DNA of 64,000 nucleotides from Candidatus Dojkabacteria bacterium (lineage in GTDB: Bacteria; Patescibacteriota; Dojkabacteria; J137), in contig JBDTVZ010000001.1 in the NCBI GenBank assembly GCA_040006935.1, positions 295,772 through 359,771 on the forward strand. Reading direction: 5' to 3'. Every line of letters begins with the position of its first letter. Position 1 is the first letter of the stretch. This document shows, piece by piece, positions 45,675 to 56,300 of this stretch. The notes beneath the pieces were generated by a model. The model searched no databases and was not told the origin of the DNA. It was given only the letters and a program-made list of their open reading frames with translations. Made by a program: the position numbers and the translations under genes.

Positions 45675-46052
45675 TTATAATCCTTTATATTTATCGCCAT
45701 TCTTATCTCTGGTAAATAAAGAAGAATTTAACTTATTAAAATCTTGAATATCTAAATGGATAAAAGAAAGTTTAATATCTAATTTATTTTCTTCTAAAAA
45801 TTCTGAGATTTTATACATTGTCCAATTACAAAAAGAATCTGATGGAATTCCATGTTGAATTTTAATATTCGGAATAAATAAATCATAACTTTCTTTTCCT
45901 ACTCTATTCACTTTACCTTGATTAAATTTGTTAATTGCTTTAATTTTTTCAAGATCAACCTTTAATTTCTGAAAGATGAAAACGTTACCGAAATCTTTTT
46001 TGAGAAGTTCTTTGTGTTTGAATGAGTTAAAGGTATAAGTTAAAGTTTTCAT
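45675..46052 (-). CDS. Hypothetical protein, possible shortened pyroglutamyl-peptidase-like
   Basis: DSFCNWTMY..SFIHL resembles the peptidase C15 Cys/His motifs. Confidence 0.45.
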   Translation of the reverse strand: MKTLTYTFNSFKHKELLKKDFGNVFIFQKLKVDLEKIKAINKFNQGKVNRVGKESYDLFIPNIKIQHGIPSDSFCNWTMYKISEFLEENKLDIKLSFIHLDIQDFNKLNSSLFTRDKNGDKYKGL

Positions 46053-46066
46053 AAATCGTAAATAAC

Positions 46067-46236
46067 ATTCCCCTCTTTGTAAGAGGGGTTAAGGGAGTTA
46101 TAAAACAATAAGGACCGCCCAAGAACCTTATCCTGCTTTCGGGGCGGTATTAACTCCTCCCGACCTCCTCCCCGCCTGCCTCTTTAAAATAGGTCTAAAA
46201 TTTGAAATCGGCGGGCAGGTTAAAAAGAGGAGGAGA
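46067..46236. repeat. Cluster of REP-like palindromes, with a CCCGCCTGCC..GGCGGGCAGG element nested in a CTCCTC..GAGGAG hairpin
   Basis: Copies or relatives at 13445-13473, 51142-51179 and 9479-9514. Confidence 0.82.
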
Positions 46237-46237
46237 A

Positions 46238-47746
46238 TTAAATCTTAATCAAAACAACCTCATCACCTTCATCAAACACAACCATCCAATCCTTATCCTC
46301 CATCAACAAATTCACAATCTTTGAATTCTTATTCATCAAAACAACGCGAATATCGTATGCTTCAATAGCTTTTCTCCAATTCACTCCAACCGATTCTAAC
46401 TCCATATAATCTTTTAAAATATTAGTCTCAACTTTTCCAGCGCAATTCCACGCAGGCATTCTCCCATCAATAAACCATTTTTGTTCCGGCATTACCCAGG
46501 ATAAATATCCGCCCCAAGTATAAAAGTTGAAAATATTTAATTTTAAATACTCAGGATGTGTTTTTAAAAACTCAACAGATTTATAAGGATAATTTTCAAA
46601 TTCAAAATTTATAGAGTATTTAAAATCTAAATTTGTTTTTACCCAATCATAAAAATTATATAAACCTCCAGCAGAAATTATTAAAATAAAAACAATTGGA
46701 ATTACAGTCGTCATACTTTTTAATAATTTTGAAACATCGTCTGTTAGGAAAAATGCTTTGGTTTTGTTATAAAAATAAATAAACTCAACGCAAAAACAAA
46801 TGGAGACAATAGGAGCAGCAATGAGTGCGTATCGAATTGTATAAAGAGAAAGCAATCCAAAAATTAATAGCAAAGCTAAACGTAAATAATTTACTTTCTT
46901 ATTCAAAATTATGAGGACTAAAGTTGAAATAAAAATCAGAAAGTAGAGTAGTCCGTATTGCTGTTTTAAATTTACAGAGGACCATTCACTTATAAAACTA
47001 GAATTTTGAGGAGAAACAATATTATTAAAAGCTTCAACCCAAGAGTTAAATCCGAAAGGATTAATCACAGTAAAAGGCAAGGAAGTTAGAATCAGTATGA
47101 AAAATTTTGAACTTTCTTTTAATTTTTTAAATGCTAATTCAGGCTTTGCATTTTGAAAAATAAGTAGTGTAAATTTTGTAAAAATAACCAGAATAAATAA
47201 AGAAATTAAAGCATACCCAACAACAAATCCTCCGTGAAGATTTCCCCAAAGTAAAAATAGAATAATTCCGAAAACAACATCTTTCTTGGATAAATTTTCG
47301 TAATAAATTTTTACTAATCTATTTAATAAAATTGAAATGAAAACGAAACTAATAATTTGAGGTCTAATCGTAATGAATGCCATTAGAATTAAATAGGAAA
47401 TTATTATAAATAGTACAGTATGAAAATATGAAACCTTATCTTTAAATAAATATTTAAAAGTTTTGTAATTAAAATAAACTCCCAGAATAATTAAAAAAGA
47501 GAAGAAAGCAGATAAAATTGCCATTCCCAAGTGAATATATATCCAATATATATCAACATCGCTTAACCACGAATGATTAGTCCAAATATAATTTGTACAA
47601 GTGTAAGTTATATTATTTGTGAAAGTATTATTCTCTAGAATTTCCTTTCCTAAACGTAAATGCCAGCCAAAATCCGGATCGATTCGAGTGGTGAAGAAGA
47701 GAAAGGCGAGAGGTAATAGGAATATGTATTTCAGTTTGTTTTTCAT
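46238..47746 (-). CDS. Polytopic membrane protein, probable GT-C glycosyltransferase
   Basis: DPDFGWHLRLG, HSWL, RPQ, WGNLHGGF, NPFG, ISEW, WGGYL, FIDGR. Confidence 0.75.
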   Translation of the reverse strand: MKNKLKYIFLLPLAFLFFTTRIDPDFGWHLRLGKEILENNTFTNNITYTCTNYIWTNHSWLSDVDIYWIYIHLGMAILSAFFSFLIILGVYFNYKTFKYLFKDKVSYFHTVLFIIISYLILMAFITIRPQIISFVFISILLNRLVKIYYENLSKKDVVFGIILFLLWGNLHGGFVVGYALISLFILVIFTKFTLLIFQNAKPELAFKKLKESSKFFILILTSLPFTVINPFGFNSWVEAFNNIVSPQNSSFISEWSSVNLKQQYGLLYFLIFISTLVLIILNKKVNYLRLALLLIFGLLSLYTIRYALIAAPIVSICFCVEFIYFYNKTKAFFLTDDVSKLLKSMTTVIPIVFILIISAGGLYNFYDWVKTNLDFKYSINFEFENYPYKSVEFLKTHPEYLKLNIFNFYTWGGYLSWVMPEQKWFIDGRMPAWNCAGKVETNILKDYMELESVGVNWRKAIEAYDIRVVLMNKNSKIVNLLMEDKDWMVVFDEGDEVVLIKI

Positions 47747-47788
47747 ATGATTGATTATAAATTAAATACGATGAGGTGTCTTTAATAA

Positions 47789-47952
47789 CCCCTCCTGATC
47801 CTAACGGATCTTCCTCCCCCTAGGGAGGTGGCGACTGCCTGCTCCTGACTAGCAGGAGGGCGGGGAGGCAACTTCATGCAGTAAGAAACTGCCAGGAGAG
47901 TAGGTGAGGTGGGCTAAAGCCAACATAAATCTATGGCTCGCAAAGCTCGCTA
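47789..47952. repeat. Cluster of REP-like palindromes
   Basis: GCCTGCTCCTGACTAGCAGGAGGGCGGGGAGGCAACTTCATGC matches about 9482-9524. Confidence 0.85.
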
Positions 47953-48000
47953 AGATTTATAGCTGTAAATGTCATGAATAATGTATGATATATTATAAGT

Positions 48001-49113
48001 ATGGACGAAATCGGAACCGAAACTAAAAAGAAAGAACGATTGATAAGCAAATACTCACTCCCGATGATGAGAGAATACTTATCTAATTTGAAAAACAATA
48101 ACTATTCCAAAGAAACTTTAGAGAATTATGCCAGAGATTTAGAAATTTTTTCCTCTTACTTAGCTTACTTAGATATCACTTTCGATAAAATAGATAAACT
48201 ATTAATTTCCGATTATAAAGGATTTTTAAGAGAACAAAATTACCTTCCAATACTACATAAATATCAAGCAGGTAGAGAAATCACAGATATTGATGTAGAT
48301 AAAAGTAAACAAGATATTTCCGAATTAAAAAAAGCAATGTATAAAGGACAATTATCCGACGCTTCTGTAAATCGAATGCTTTCATCGTTAAGATCTTACC
48401 TATCTTTTTTAGTGGACGTTGATCAAGCGATTCCAATCCCACCAAGTGCAATTAAAATGATTAAAGCTGAAAAAAAAGAGAAACAAGTTGCAGAACTAAG
48501 TGAGCTTGTGCATTTAATTGAAAGTCCGTTTCAATTTGAAGCAGAGCCAATCATTAAAGCGAGGAATAGAGCAATTTTAGAATTAATATTTTCGACTGGA
48601 ATGAGAATTTCGGAAGTAGTTAACTTAAATCGTGATCAAGTGAAGATGGATAATAACCAAATTGTTGATGATAAAACCTATATTATGGGAAAAGGTAAAA
48701 AACAAAGATTTGTATATTTAACTGAACGTGCAATTCAATTTATGAATGAATATTTGAAAATGCGAACTGACGATTTCCCTGCAATGTTTATTCCGACAAA
48801 AGGAACTCGAAAAGCTACAGAAAATCCATATATTGTAAGGCTTTCTCAAAATTATATTCAAATGAAAATTAAAGATTATCGAACACGATTAGGAATTGTA
48901 GTTCCAACATCCGCACATAGCTTAAGGCATGGTTTTGCAACTTACATTGCAGAGGAAGGAGCAAATCCCGCAGCAATACAAAGGCTTCTAGGGCATTCCT
49001 CATTGCAAACAACTTCTAAATATGTTCACGCTTCGGATAAATTTGCAGAGGATGCTCATAGAAAGTTCCATCCATTACAGGAAAATGACAAATTACGAGT
49101 GACGAATGACTAA
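48001..49113 (+). CDS. Tyrosine recombinase XerC/XerD family
   Basis: TGMRISE, GKGKKQR, HSLRHGFA, LLGHSSLQTTSKY. Confidence 0.92.
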   Translation: MDEIGTETKKKERLISKYSLPMMREYLSNLKNNNYSKETLENYARDLEIFSSYLAYLDITFDKIDKLLISDYKGFLREQNYLPILHKYQAGREITDIDVDKSKQDISELKKAMYKGQLSDASVNRMLSSLRSYLSFLVDVDQAIPIPPSAIKMIKAEKKEKQVAELSELVHLIESPFQFEAEPIIKARNRAILELIFSTGMRISEVVNLNRDQVKMDNNQIVDDKTYIMGKGKKQRFVYLTERAIQFMNEYLKMRTDDFPAMFIPTKGTRKATENPYIVRLSQNYIQMKIKDYRTRLGIVVPTSAHSLRHGFATYIAEEGANPAAIQRLLGHSSLQTTSKYVHASDKFAEDAHRKFHPLQENDKLRVTND

Positions 49114-49195
49114 TAGTACTCTTAATTCATAATTCATAAGGAATTCATATTTCGGTGCTAAAATAATCCATAAAGTAATTTTTATAAATTAAGAT

Positions 49196-49912
49196 ATGCA
49201 GTCAACACCAGGTTTAATTCAAGAATCCAGTACTGTTTTCGGTAGTTTTATGGCTCAAGTTTACGGATGGATGGTAATTGGGTTAATGGTAACTTTTGCA
49301 GTCGCATTCGGAGTTGAATTTATAACAGAAAGAAATGAGCAAATATATCTATTACTCGCAACACTATCTCCATTTATTATAATTGGCCAGCTTATTATTG
49401 TATTAGTGATGGCATTCCTCTGGAGAAAAATGAATGTATTTATATCTGCAGGACTATTCCTCTTCTATTCTTTAACAATGGGATTATTTTTTGGAATAAT
49501 ATTTTTAGACTTTACTTCAAGTTCGATTCTTTTAGTATTCGGCGCAACAATCGCAACTTTTGTTGTAATGGCATTATTTGGAACTTTAACTAAACAAGAC
49601 TTAACATCCTGGGGAAGATTAGCATTATTTGGTTTACTTGGATTAATAATTGCGACAGTAATTAATATAGTTTTTTATTTATTCAATCCAGGATTAGCAC
49701 AGTCATTTGAATGGGTTTTAACATATTTAGGAGTTGGAATATTCTTGATTTTAATTGCTTACGATACTCAAAAATTGAAAACAATGGCTGCAAGTGCAGA
49801 GCAAAGTGGTTTGGGAATGGCAAATGTAGCAATACAAGGAGCCTTAACACTTTACTTGGATTTTATTAATATATTTATAAGGCTCTTATTTATTATGGGT
49901 AAACGTAAGTAA
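49196..49912 (+). CDS. Bax inhibitor-1/YccA family membrane protein
   Basis: VYGWM, AYDTQKLK, GALTLYLDFINIF. Confidence 0.92.
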   Translation: MQSTPGLIQESSTVFGSFMAQVYGWMVIGLMVTFAVAFGVEFITERNEQIYLLLATLSPFIIIGQLIIVLVMAFLWRKMNVFISAGLFLFYSLTMGLFFGIIFLDFTSSSILLVFGATIATFVVMALFGTLTKQDLTSWGRLALFGLLGLIIATVINIVFYLFNPGLAQSFEWVLTYLGVGIFLILIAYDTQKLKTMAASAEQSGLGMANVAIQGALTLYLDFINIFIRLLFIMGKRK

Positions 49913-49933
49913 TTAAATTTTATATTTCTTAAT

Positions 49934-51136
49934 ATGAAAAAAGGTCGGATACTATTAGGCTGCGTTTTAATTTTAGTAATTTGTTCATCTACACTATTTG
50001 GAACTATTGGTGGCTATTTAGGCGGAAGATTTTTGAACAGTGGAGGTGTGGGACAAACTCTACAGAATATTACAAACAGTAATGTTCAAGTTGTACATGA
50101 AGAATCAGAAGTAATTTCTGCAGTTGAAAATTCTACAAATTCTGTTGTGAGTATTGTAATTACAAAAGACGTTCCCAAATATGAAAATATTAATTCACCA
50201 TTAGGTAGTGATTTTGGATTTACAATTCCACAAAAAAAACAGGTAGGTACAGAACAACAAGAAGTTGGTGCTGGAACTGGATTTATTATCTCCACAGATG
50301 GAATGATAATTACAAATCGACATGTTGTTGATGATGAAACAGCATCTTACACAGCAATTTTTAATGATGGAACAAAGAAAGAAGCTAAAGTGTTAGCTCG
50401 AGATACTTTACTAGATATAGCATTCTTGAAAATCGATGGTGCTGATTACAAGCCAATACCTCTAGGTTCATCAGCACAATTAAAATCAGGACAAAGCGTT
50501 ATAGCAATTGGCAATGCATTAGGAGAGTTTTCAAATACAATAAGTACAGGCGTTATTTCTGGGCTAGGTAGAAACATTCAAGCAACAGATCAAGATGGTG
50601 GAAATGCTGAAACGCTTTCAGATATTATTCAAACAGACGCAAGCATAAATTTTGGAAATTCCGGAGGGCCACTTTTAGATATTAAGGGAAACGTAATTGG
50701 AGTAAACGTTGCGAGATCCTCCGATGGAGAAAACATTGGATTTGCAATTCCAATCGATGTAGTAAAAGATCTTATAGATATGCTTAATACAACAGGGAAA
50801 ATAGAAAGGCCAGTATTAGGAGTTCGATATATTCCAGTTGATGCAACCTTTAAAGCACAAAATAATATCCCATACGATTACGGAGCTTATATTTCTGGGA
50901 ATACTCAAAACCAAACATTAGGAGTAGTTCCTGGAAGTCCAGCAGATAAAGCAGGATTGAAAGATGGAGATATTATTCTAGAAGTTAACGGGAAAAGAGT
51001 AGATGATGCAAATCCATTATCAAATTTAATTCAATCATTTAAAATAGACGATACCATCACTTTAAAGATTTATACAAAAGGAGCAGAGCAAGACATTCAA
51101 GTAAAGTTAGAGAGATTTGAGATTCCGACTAATTAA
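49934..51136 (+). CDS. htrA: HtrA/DegP-like serine protease with PDZ domain
   Basis: GTGFII, TNRHVV, IQTDASINFGNSGGPL, PDZ SPADKAGL. Confidence 0.93.
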   Translation: MKKGRILLGCVLILVICSSTLFGTIGGYLGGRFLNSGGVGQTLQNITNSNVQVVHEESEVISAVENSTNSVVSIVITKDVPKYENINSPLGSDFGFTIPQKKQVGTEQQEVGAGTGFIISTDGMIITNRHVVDDETASYTAIFNDGTKKEAKVLARDTLLDIAFLKIDGADYKPIPLGSSAQLKSGQSVIAIGNALGEFSNTISTGVISGLGRNIQATDQDGGNAETLSDIIQTDASINFGNSGGPLLDIKGNVIGVNVARSSDGENIGFAIPIDVVKDLIDMLNTTGKIERPVLGVRYIPVDATFKAQNNIPYDYGAYISGNTQNQTLGVVPGSPADKAGLKDGDIILEVNGKRVDDANPLSNLIQSFKIDDTITLKIYTKGAEQDIQVKLERFEIPTN

Positions 51137-51141
51137 AAAAT

Positions 51142-51535
51142 GGACCGCACAAGATCTTTGTCGTGCTTTCGGTGCGGTAAACATCCACCGTCCAGCTAAA
51201 GCTGGCCACCTCCTTCAAAGGAGGAATTCGTAGGGTCAGCCCACCTGACTTAACCTAAAGGGAGGTATTATCATCAACGTCAACTGATTATAGCCACATT
51301 TATATTCTCGGTAAAAGGGAGTTTGAGGGAAAATTCTTTTGACTTCCACGTTCCAGCTCCAAAATTATTTTCTCTCAAAACTTTTTTTGCTTACTTTTTT
51401 TAGTTATAAAAAAAGTAAGGTAAGAAAACCTCTCGAGTAATGGTTCGAGAGCCTCATCATGACAATAGGCAGAAATCCCATCGGGAAATCAAATCACGGG
51501 ATCGCCACGCTCGTCTTCGGCTCCTCGCAATGACA
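51142..51535. repeat. Large cluster of REP-like palindromes
   Basis: GGACCGC..TGCTTTCGGTGCGGTA (cf. 46111-46149), a GTAG-type unit at about 51230, CTTACTTTTTTT..AAAAAAAGTAAG, and CTCCTCGCAATGAC. Confidence 0.82.
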
Positions 51536-51559
51536 ACATTCACCTGATATAATAAATTT

Positions 51560-52441
51560 ATGAAAACAATCAACGGAACTGAAATTGCAGAATCAATCCT
51601 ACACAGTCTTAAAGAAAAGATTACCTCACTCGACCTGCACCCTAAGCTAGCAATAGTCTTAGCCTCAGACGACGAATCCAGCAAAATTTATACCTCGATG
51701 AAATCTAAAAAAGCCGAAAGCATTGGAATCCAAACAGAACTACATACTCTTGATCTAAAAGACAATAATTTAAAAGAAACTTTAATCAGCAAACTCAAGC
51801 AACTTAATGATGATAAAGAAGTACATGGAATACTTTTACAATTACCTTTAGCTGAAAGTATTAAAGAATATTCGGATGAAATTATAAACACAATAGATCC
51901 CAGCAAAGATGTAGATGGACTTACAGCAATAAACCAAGGAAGATTAATGCAAGGTTTAAAAACTTTCAGGCCTGCAACAGTAGATGCCATATTGGAATGT
52001 ATAAAATTTACTTGTCCGAATCGAGATGAGGAAATAGAAGGATATCTTAGCTACCTTGATACATTTTTAAGAGGAAAGAATGTAGTGATTATTAATAACT
52101 CAAACCTTATCGGGAAACCACTTAGTGTGCTCTTGGAGAGTTATAATACATCCGTTTCTGTTCTAAATAAGTATTCCTTAGACCTCAAATCCTTTACACA
52201 ACAGGCAGATATTTTAATTACTGCAACAGGTGCAACTTCTATTATTGATCATCTGGATGTTAAAGATAATTGTACAATTATCGATGTAACTAGCGTTAAA
52301 AAAGAAGGCCAAATTTTAGGAGATGTTACAATTTCGAAAGAATTAGAAGAAAAAGTTGAATGGATAACTCCCGTCCCAGGAGGAGTGGGTCCGCTTACTA
52401 TTGCATGCTTATTGAGGAATTTGGTCAGAGCTATTACTTGA
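51560..52441 (+). CDS. folD: Methylene-THF dehydrogenase/cyclohydrolase
   Basis: VHGILLQLPL, KDVDG, PAT, TPVPGGVGPLT. Confidence 0.93.
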   Translation: MKTINGTEIAESILHSLKEKITSLDLHPKLAIVLASDDESSKIYTSMKSKKAESIGIQTELHTLDLKDNNLKETLISKLKQLNDDKEVHGILLQLPLAESIKEYSDEIINTIDPSKDVDGLTAINQGRLMQGLKTFRPATVDAILECIKFTCPNRDEEIEGYLSYLDTFLRGKNVVIINNSNLIGKPLSVLLESYNTSVSVLNKYSLDLKSFTQQADILITATGATSIIDHLDVKDNCTIIDVTSVKKEGQILGDVTISKELEEKVEWITPVPGGVGPLTIACLLRNLVRAIT

Positions 52442-53249
52442 ACTCAATTAAGTAGGGTAAAGTTTTAAAATCTCTAAATGATACTTCTGCATTTTCCTGA
52501 GAATATATTGCTGTTGAAGATCCACCATCCAAATTAACTACAGAAATAGTTTCCCCTTCAAAAAAGTCTTTACTTAGTAACTTTTCTCCCAACTGTCTCA
52601 AATCGTAACCTTGTGTGGTAATTCCTACGAAAATTCTTCCTGATGAAGTATATCCAATAAATGATCGTAAAGAACTTTGGTTACCATTTAAAGAATGATC
52701 AATTAGTGAAGTTTGTAATTCGTTATTATCTATAATTAAAGGTCCTGTTTGAAAATATATATTATCTGAATTCTCGATTAAGTCCTTAGGTGTAAAATCT
52801 AAATCTGATTTAAAAGTTAACTTGCCACTAATTTTATTAAAATTAACTATATGAGTTGCTTGTTGATTGTCCTTGGATAAACTGCCTAATTGATTTGAAC
52901 CGTCCCAAAGTAATCCAATGTAGGACTTATCCTCTGCAAAGTAACCTCCATTTACAACGATTTGATCGCTATCTTGTATAGCTAATTGTTTTGGAGATAG
53001 TAAATTATCTTCCGAACTCTTAAAAACATTTATATCAAAATTACCAGAGATAATGCTTATCCCATCTTTTATATAGTAAGTATATTTCCCAGATAGAATA
53101 GGTTTACTTACAATTGGAGTTGCAGAAATATTACTAAAACTCTCTTGGATAGTGATTAAGTAACTCTTTATAGTATTTACTAGCAAAAAGCCAACAACCC
53201 CTAAAAGAATTATTAGAACTAGCAAAAATGTTATGTAATATTTTTTCAT
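52434..53249 (-). CDS. Phosphodiester glycosidase (NAGPA-like) family exported protein
   Basis: NGGYF, QTGPL, RSFIG, NLDGGSST; start MKKYY (the longer ORF overlaps the tRNA). Confidence 0.85.
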   Translation of the reverse strand: MKKYYITFLLVLIILLGVVGFLLVNTIKSYLITIQESFSNISATPIVSKPILSGKYTYYIKDGISIISGNFDINVFKSSEDNLLSPKQLAIQDSDQIVVNGGYFAEDKSYIGLLWDGSNQLGSLSKDNQQATHIVNFNKISGKLTFKSDLDFTPKDLIENSDNIYFQTGPLIIDNNELQTSLIDHSLNGNQSSLRSFIGYTSSGRIFVGITTQGYDLRQLGEKLLSKDFFEGETISVVNLDGGSSTAIYSQENAEVSFRDFKTLPYLIEFK

Positions 53250-53308
53250 TACTTGATTATAAAGGAAGATTGCGAATTTTGCGAAGTATACATTAATATT
53301 AATTAATA

Positions 53309-53380
53309 TGGTCTGACCGAGACTCGAACTCGGAACCAACTGCTTAAAAGGCAGCTGCTCTACCATTGAGCTATCAAACC
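53309..53380 (-). tRNA. tRNA-Lys(TTT), no encoded CCA
   Basis: GGTTTGA/TCAGACC acceptor, GCTC/GAGC D stem, GCTGC-CTTTTAA-GCAGT, CCGAG-TTCGAGT-CTCGG. Confidence 0.95.
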
Positions 53381-53464
53381 TTAAGAATATCCATGTAAGA
53401 TCTATTTAACCTTACGAATGCGGAGAATTATAGCATAAGAAAAACCAAAGTTAAAAGCTCAATT

Positions 53465-55543
53465 TCAACTGCTGCTCTCCAATTTCTGCATTCTCGCAAC
53501 CACACTTTCTTCTGGAATAGTTTCAAAAATTACTCCTCTTGGTCTTAAATCTAATACTTTTGGCCATATATTCTCCGGAAGATAATCAATCTTAATTACG
53601 ATATCAAAGGTTTTTCCCTTTGCTGTTTTATTAATAAGCTCTAACTGAGGTAATATTAAACTATAGTCATATTCAAATAGCTCGTTTCTTTGCAAACTCA
53701 TTTTCAATAGAGAAGTTATATCTACAATTAGTCCGTCAAGATCAGTTTTTTGCAAATTCTCTAAATCAAAAATGAAGGATGGATAGGAAATTTCTGCATA
53801 GATACTATAACCATTTCCCTTTTTGATACCTTGAGTACTTAATATCTTTTTTAAACTTTCAAAATTCTTTGCATTCCTCACGGCTGGAACAGATACGCTT
53901 ATATTCTTACTGCCAAAGAAGTTTTTGGATTTTTTTATTGCTATTGCTTCAGTAATTAAGCTTTCTGGGTTATCAATAAATCTTTCATCTCCACTGAATT
54001 TAAATTTATTTTCAACTCCTAATAATTTCTTTTCATAATCATTGATATTTGAGAAGGAATAAATAAATGGCTTATGTTCGGAAACCTTCGAAGCTACAGA
54101 GATATCTAATGCGTATTTATCTGCAAGTTCTCCAAGCTTTACTGGGTTATCTATATGTTCTTCAGCTAGCATATTATTTGTTAAAACCATTTCAGTAGCA
54201 TCAAAAAAAGTGCCGTTAAAATTATGTGCAGCAGATATTCTTGCAGAAGTAACTTTTGATAAGTCTAAGTAAATTGCAGTTTTTAAATCATATTTATCTG
54301 TCCATTTTGGAGTTGCATCTAATTGAATGGATCTTTTTCTAATATCGGCCAAAGTTAAGTGCTTCTTTTTTGTTTCATCATCATATTGTGGTGCCTCATC
54401 AATTTCTTCTTCATCATTTGCAGAAACCATTGCCTGTACTTCCTTAACAAGATTAGGAATACTAATTTTTGGTTTGTCCTTATTTGTATGAACTTCTTCA
54501 ACTCCCAGGCTATGTGAAATTTTTTCTGATTCGTTTTTTAAGCTAGTGGCCATTAATTTATTTAGGTCCATCAATTTTACTTCCACTACATAAACATCTC
54601 CTGATTCAATAGACCAACTTATTTCCACTGGTTGTTCGTAAATACTTGCTAAGTGTTCGGTAATCAACCCTACTTGGATTGCTCTTTCATCCATTATTTT
54701 TTGTTTCTTTTGCCAAGCTTCACTTATACTTACCTTGAAATTTGGTTCATCCTTGTGTCCAATTTTGCCTTTTCGGACATACATTTCACTTTGTGGGACA
54801 ATGAATTTCTCAACTATCTTTTTATTTACTAAGTCAATTTTATATTTATCGCAATAAGTATCAAAATCCATTTTTACATCCTTCAATCCATAAATTGACC
54901 GAACTTCTACAAGATTCTTTTCCAAAGTTTCGGGCGGAATAGAGTAGGCTTTTCCTGAAATTTCGCTTGCAACGGATCTTTTTACTAAAACCCCCATGGA
55001 TAATGGTCCACTATAATAGCTATTTGCCCTTTGTTCGATTGCTTCTGGTGTAAATAGGGTTAGCCAAGCCATTTTTATCTGATAAATCAGACCATCAATA
55101 CCGGAAATATTCTTTTCTAGTTGATTATCATCAGTAATTTCCTCTGGAAGAAATTTGGTGTTTAGAATATGTGAAGGCTGGATCTTTACAAAAGGCATTT
55201 CGTGCACCACATTTAAATTCCTGTATGCTTCTACAATTGGACGTTCAATAATACTTGGAAGCTTGGCACTAAGCATTAAATTTGTTATTTGCTCACTAGC
55301 CTCTACAGCAGTTTCCCGTATAAATGGTCGAACTTTCTTTAGTGCAAGCGAAAGAGGTTGTATTAAATCAGCTGCAGTTAGGAAATCATCAAAAGCAATC
55401 GTAGTAATTACAAAGCTAGGCGGTGTAGGCACATTGGCTAAGTAAACGTAAGAATGGAGTAAAGCTTCCTTACCTACGAGTTCGAAGTCTTTATCTTTAA
55501 CATTTCCTAAATTAAGAATATATGGAGTAGTTTTTCCAAGCAT
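53465..55543 (-). CDS. Degenerate PEP synthase (PpsA)-like protein
   Basis: PPDK N-terminal domain remnants (VGK, PPSFVITT.AF, EISWSI) and a PEP-utiliser C-terminal-like region; no phospho-His motif. Confidence 0.7.
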   Translation of the reverse strand: MLGKTTPYILNLGNVKDKDFELVGKEALLHSYVYLANVPTPPSFVITTIAFDDFLTAADLIQPLSLALKKVRPFIRETAVEASEQITNLMLSAKLPSIIERPIVEAYRNLNVVHEMPFVKIQPSHILNTKFLPEEITDDNQLEKNISGIDGLIYQIKMAWLTLFTPEAIEQRANSYYSGPLSMGVLVKRSVASEISGKAYSIPPETLEKNLVEVRSIYGLKDVKMDFDTYCDKYKIDLVNKKIVEKFIVPQSEMYVRKGKIGHKDEPNFKVSISEAWQKKQKIMDERAIQVGLITEHLASIYEQPVEISWSIESGDVYVVEVKLMDLNKLMATSLKNESEKISHSLGVEEVHTNKDKPKISIPNLVKEVQAMVSANDEEEIDEAPQYDDETKKKHLTLADIRKRSIQLDATPKWTDKYDLKTAIYLDLSKVTSARISAAHNFNGTFFDATEMVLTNNMLAEEHIDNPVKLGELADKYALDISVASKVSEHKPFIYSFSNINDYEKKLLGVENKFKFSGDERFIDNPESLITEAIAIKKSKNFFGSKNISVSVPAVRNAKNFESLKKILSTQGIKKGNGYSIYAEISYPSFIFDLENLQKTDLDGLIVDITSLLKMSLQRNELFEYDYSLILPQLELINKTAKGKTFDIVIKIDYLPENIWPKVLDLRPRGVIFETIPEESVVARMQKLESSS

Positions 55544-55591
55544 TTACAATTCAATTACAACTACTTATTATGAAGAGATTTATAAGTATTG

Positions 55592-56146
55592 TCAATTATA
55601 TCTAATTGTTTTTACAAGACTTTCAGCATCATTTGGACTAGTACCTGGAGGGAAATTTAGTGTTAATGTTAAATAAATATTCTTATCTACCAATGCAGAG
55701 TAAGAAATTAAACCATCTGAAGGAAATACTGTTTCATCTAAACTTCCGAATTCTAGCCTTCTAAATTCAATAGTATTTATATTAACTTTAGTATCGTTTA
55801 GAAGTTTTTTTGTTGCTTTTAGCTTTTCTGCACGGTCATTTACTATATCGTCCAAGTTTTTAGTTCCGTCAGTTTGTGCTGTTGCTACTAATATATTTAA
55901 GTCTCCTTTCTCTAAAATCACACCTTCTGTTCCATTATTCGCAATACTCCAAGCATCTGAATAGTTCATTTTTAATTTACTAAGAATATCCATTTCTAGA
56001 GGTAATTCGGACTTAATCCCAAAAGTATAACCTATGAGCGTAAAAGGTTGGCCTTTATATAAATTCAAGAATAGGAGTACAACTGCAAAAACAGCTACTA
56101 CTGTAATTAATAAATAAATAGGCAAATATTGTGTATTTTTCTTCAT
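55592..56146 (-). CDS. Single-TM exported protein (PsbP-like possible)
   Basis: N-terminal TM, Y..W motif, C-terminal LVKTIRY. Confidence 0.6.
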   Translation of the reverse strand: MKKNTQYLPIYLLITVVAVFAVVLLFLNLYKGQPFTLIGYTFGIKSELPLEMDILSKLKMNYSDAWSIANNGTEGVILEKGDLNILVATAQTDGTKNLDDIVNDRAEKLKATKKLLNDTKVNINTIEFRRLEFGSLDETVFPSDGLISYSALVDKNIYLTLTLNFPPGTSPNDAESLVKTIRYN

Positions 56147-56300
56147 ATAATAAGATTATTTACTTGTACATTCTTATTCATTTTAGTTCTTTTGTAAAGC
56201 CATTAAGATACAAGATTAGGGAAGAGTGAGAACAGACTCAATGAATATGTTATATTTATGTAAGAATATTGTAATCTATTTCTATTATCTGTTACCTTAA

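Noticed and set aside
2679-51535. CRISPR array or integron attC array from the dispersed repeats
   Set aside because: No regular repeat-spacer periodicity, no cas genes, no consistent RYYYAAC/GTTRRRY boxes, and no IntI-specific features recognised
51457-51684. 75-aa ORF containing VIARSRRR
   Set aside because: Antisense to folD plus a REP arm
53250-53366. N-terminal extension of the 310-aa ORF
   Set aside because: Overlaps tRNA-Lys; the real start is MKKYY at 53249
43676-53380. Integrative element between tRNA-Lys and the tRNA 3' fragment, mobilised by the tyrosine recombinase
   Set aside because: The two share only TAAGCAGT and generic T-loop bases; the interval holds housekeeping genes and the recombinase is Xer-like
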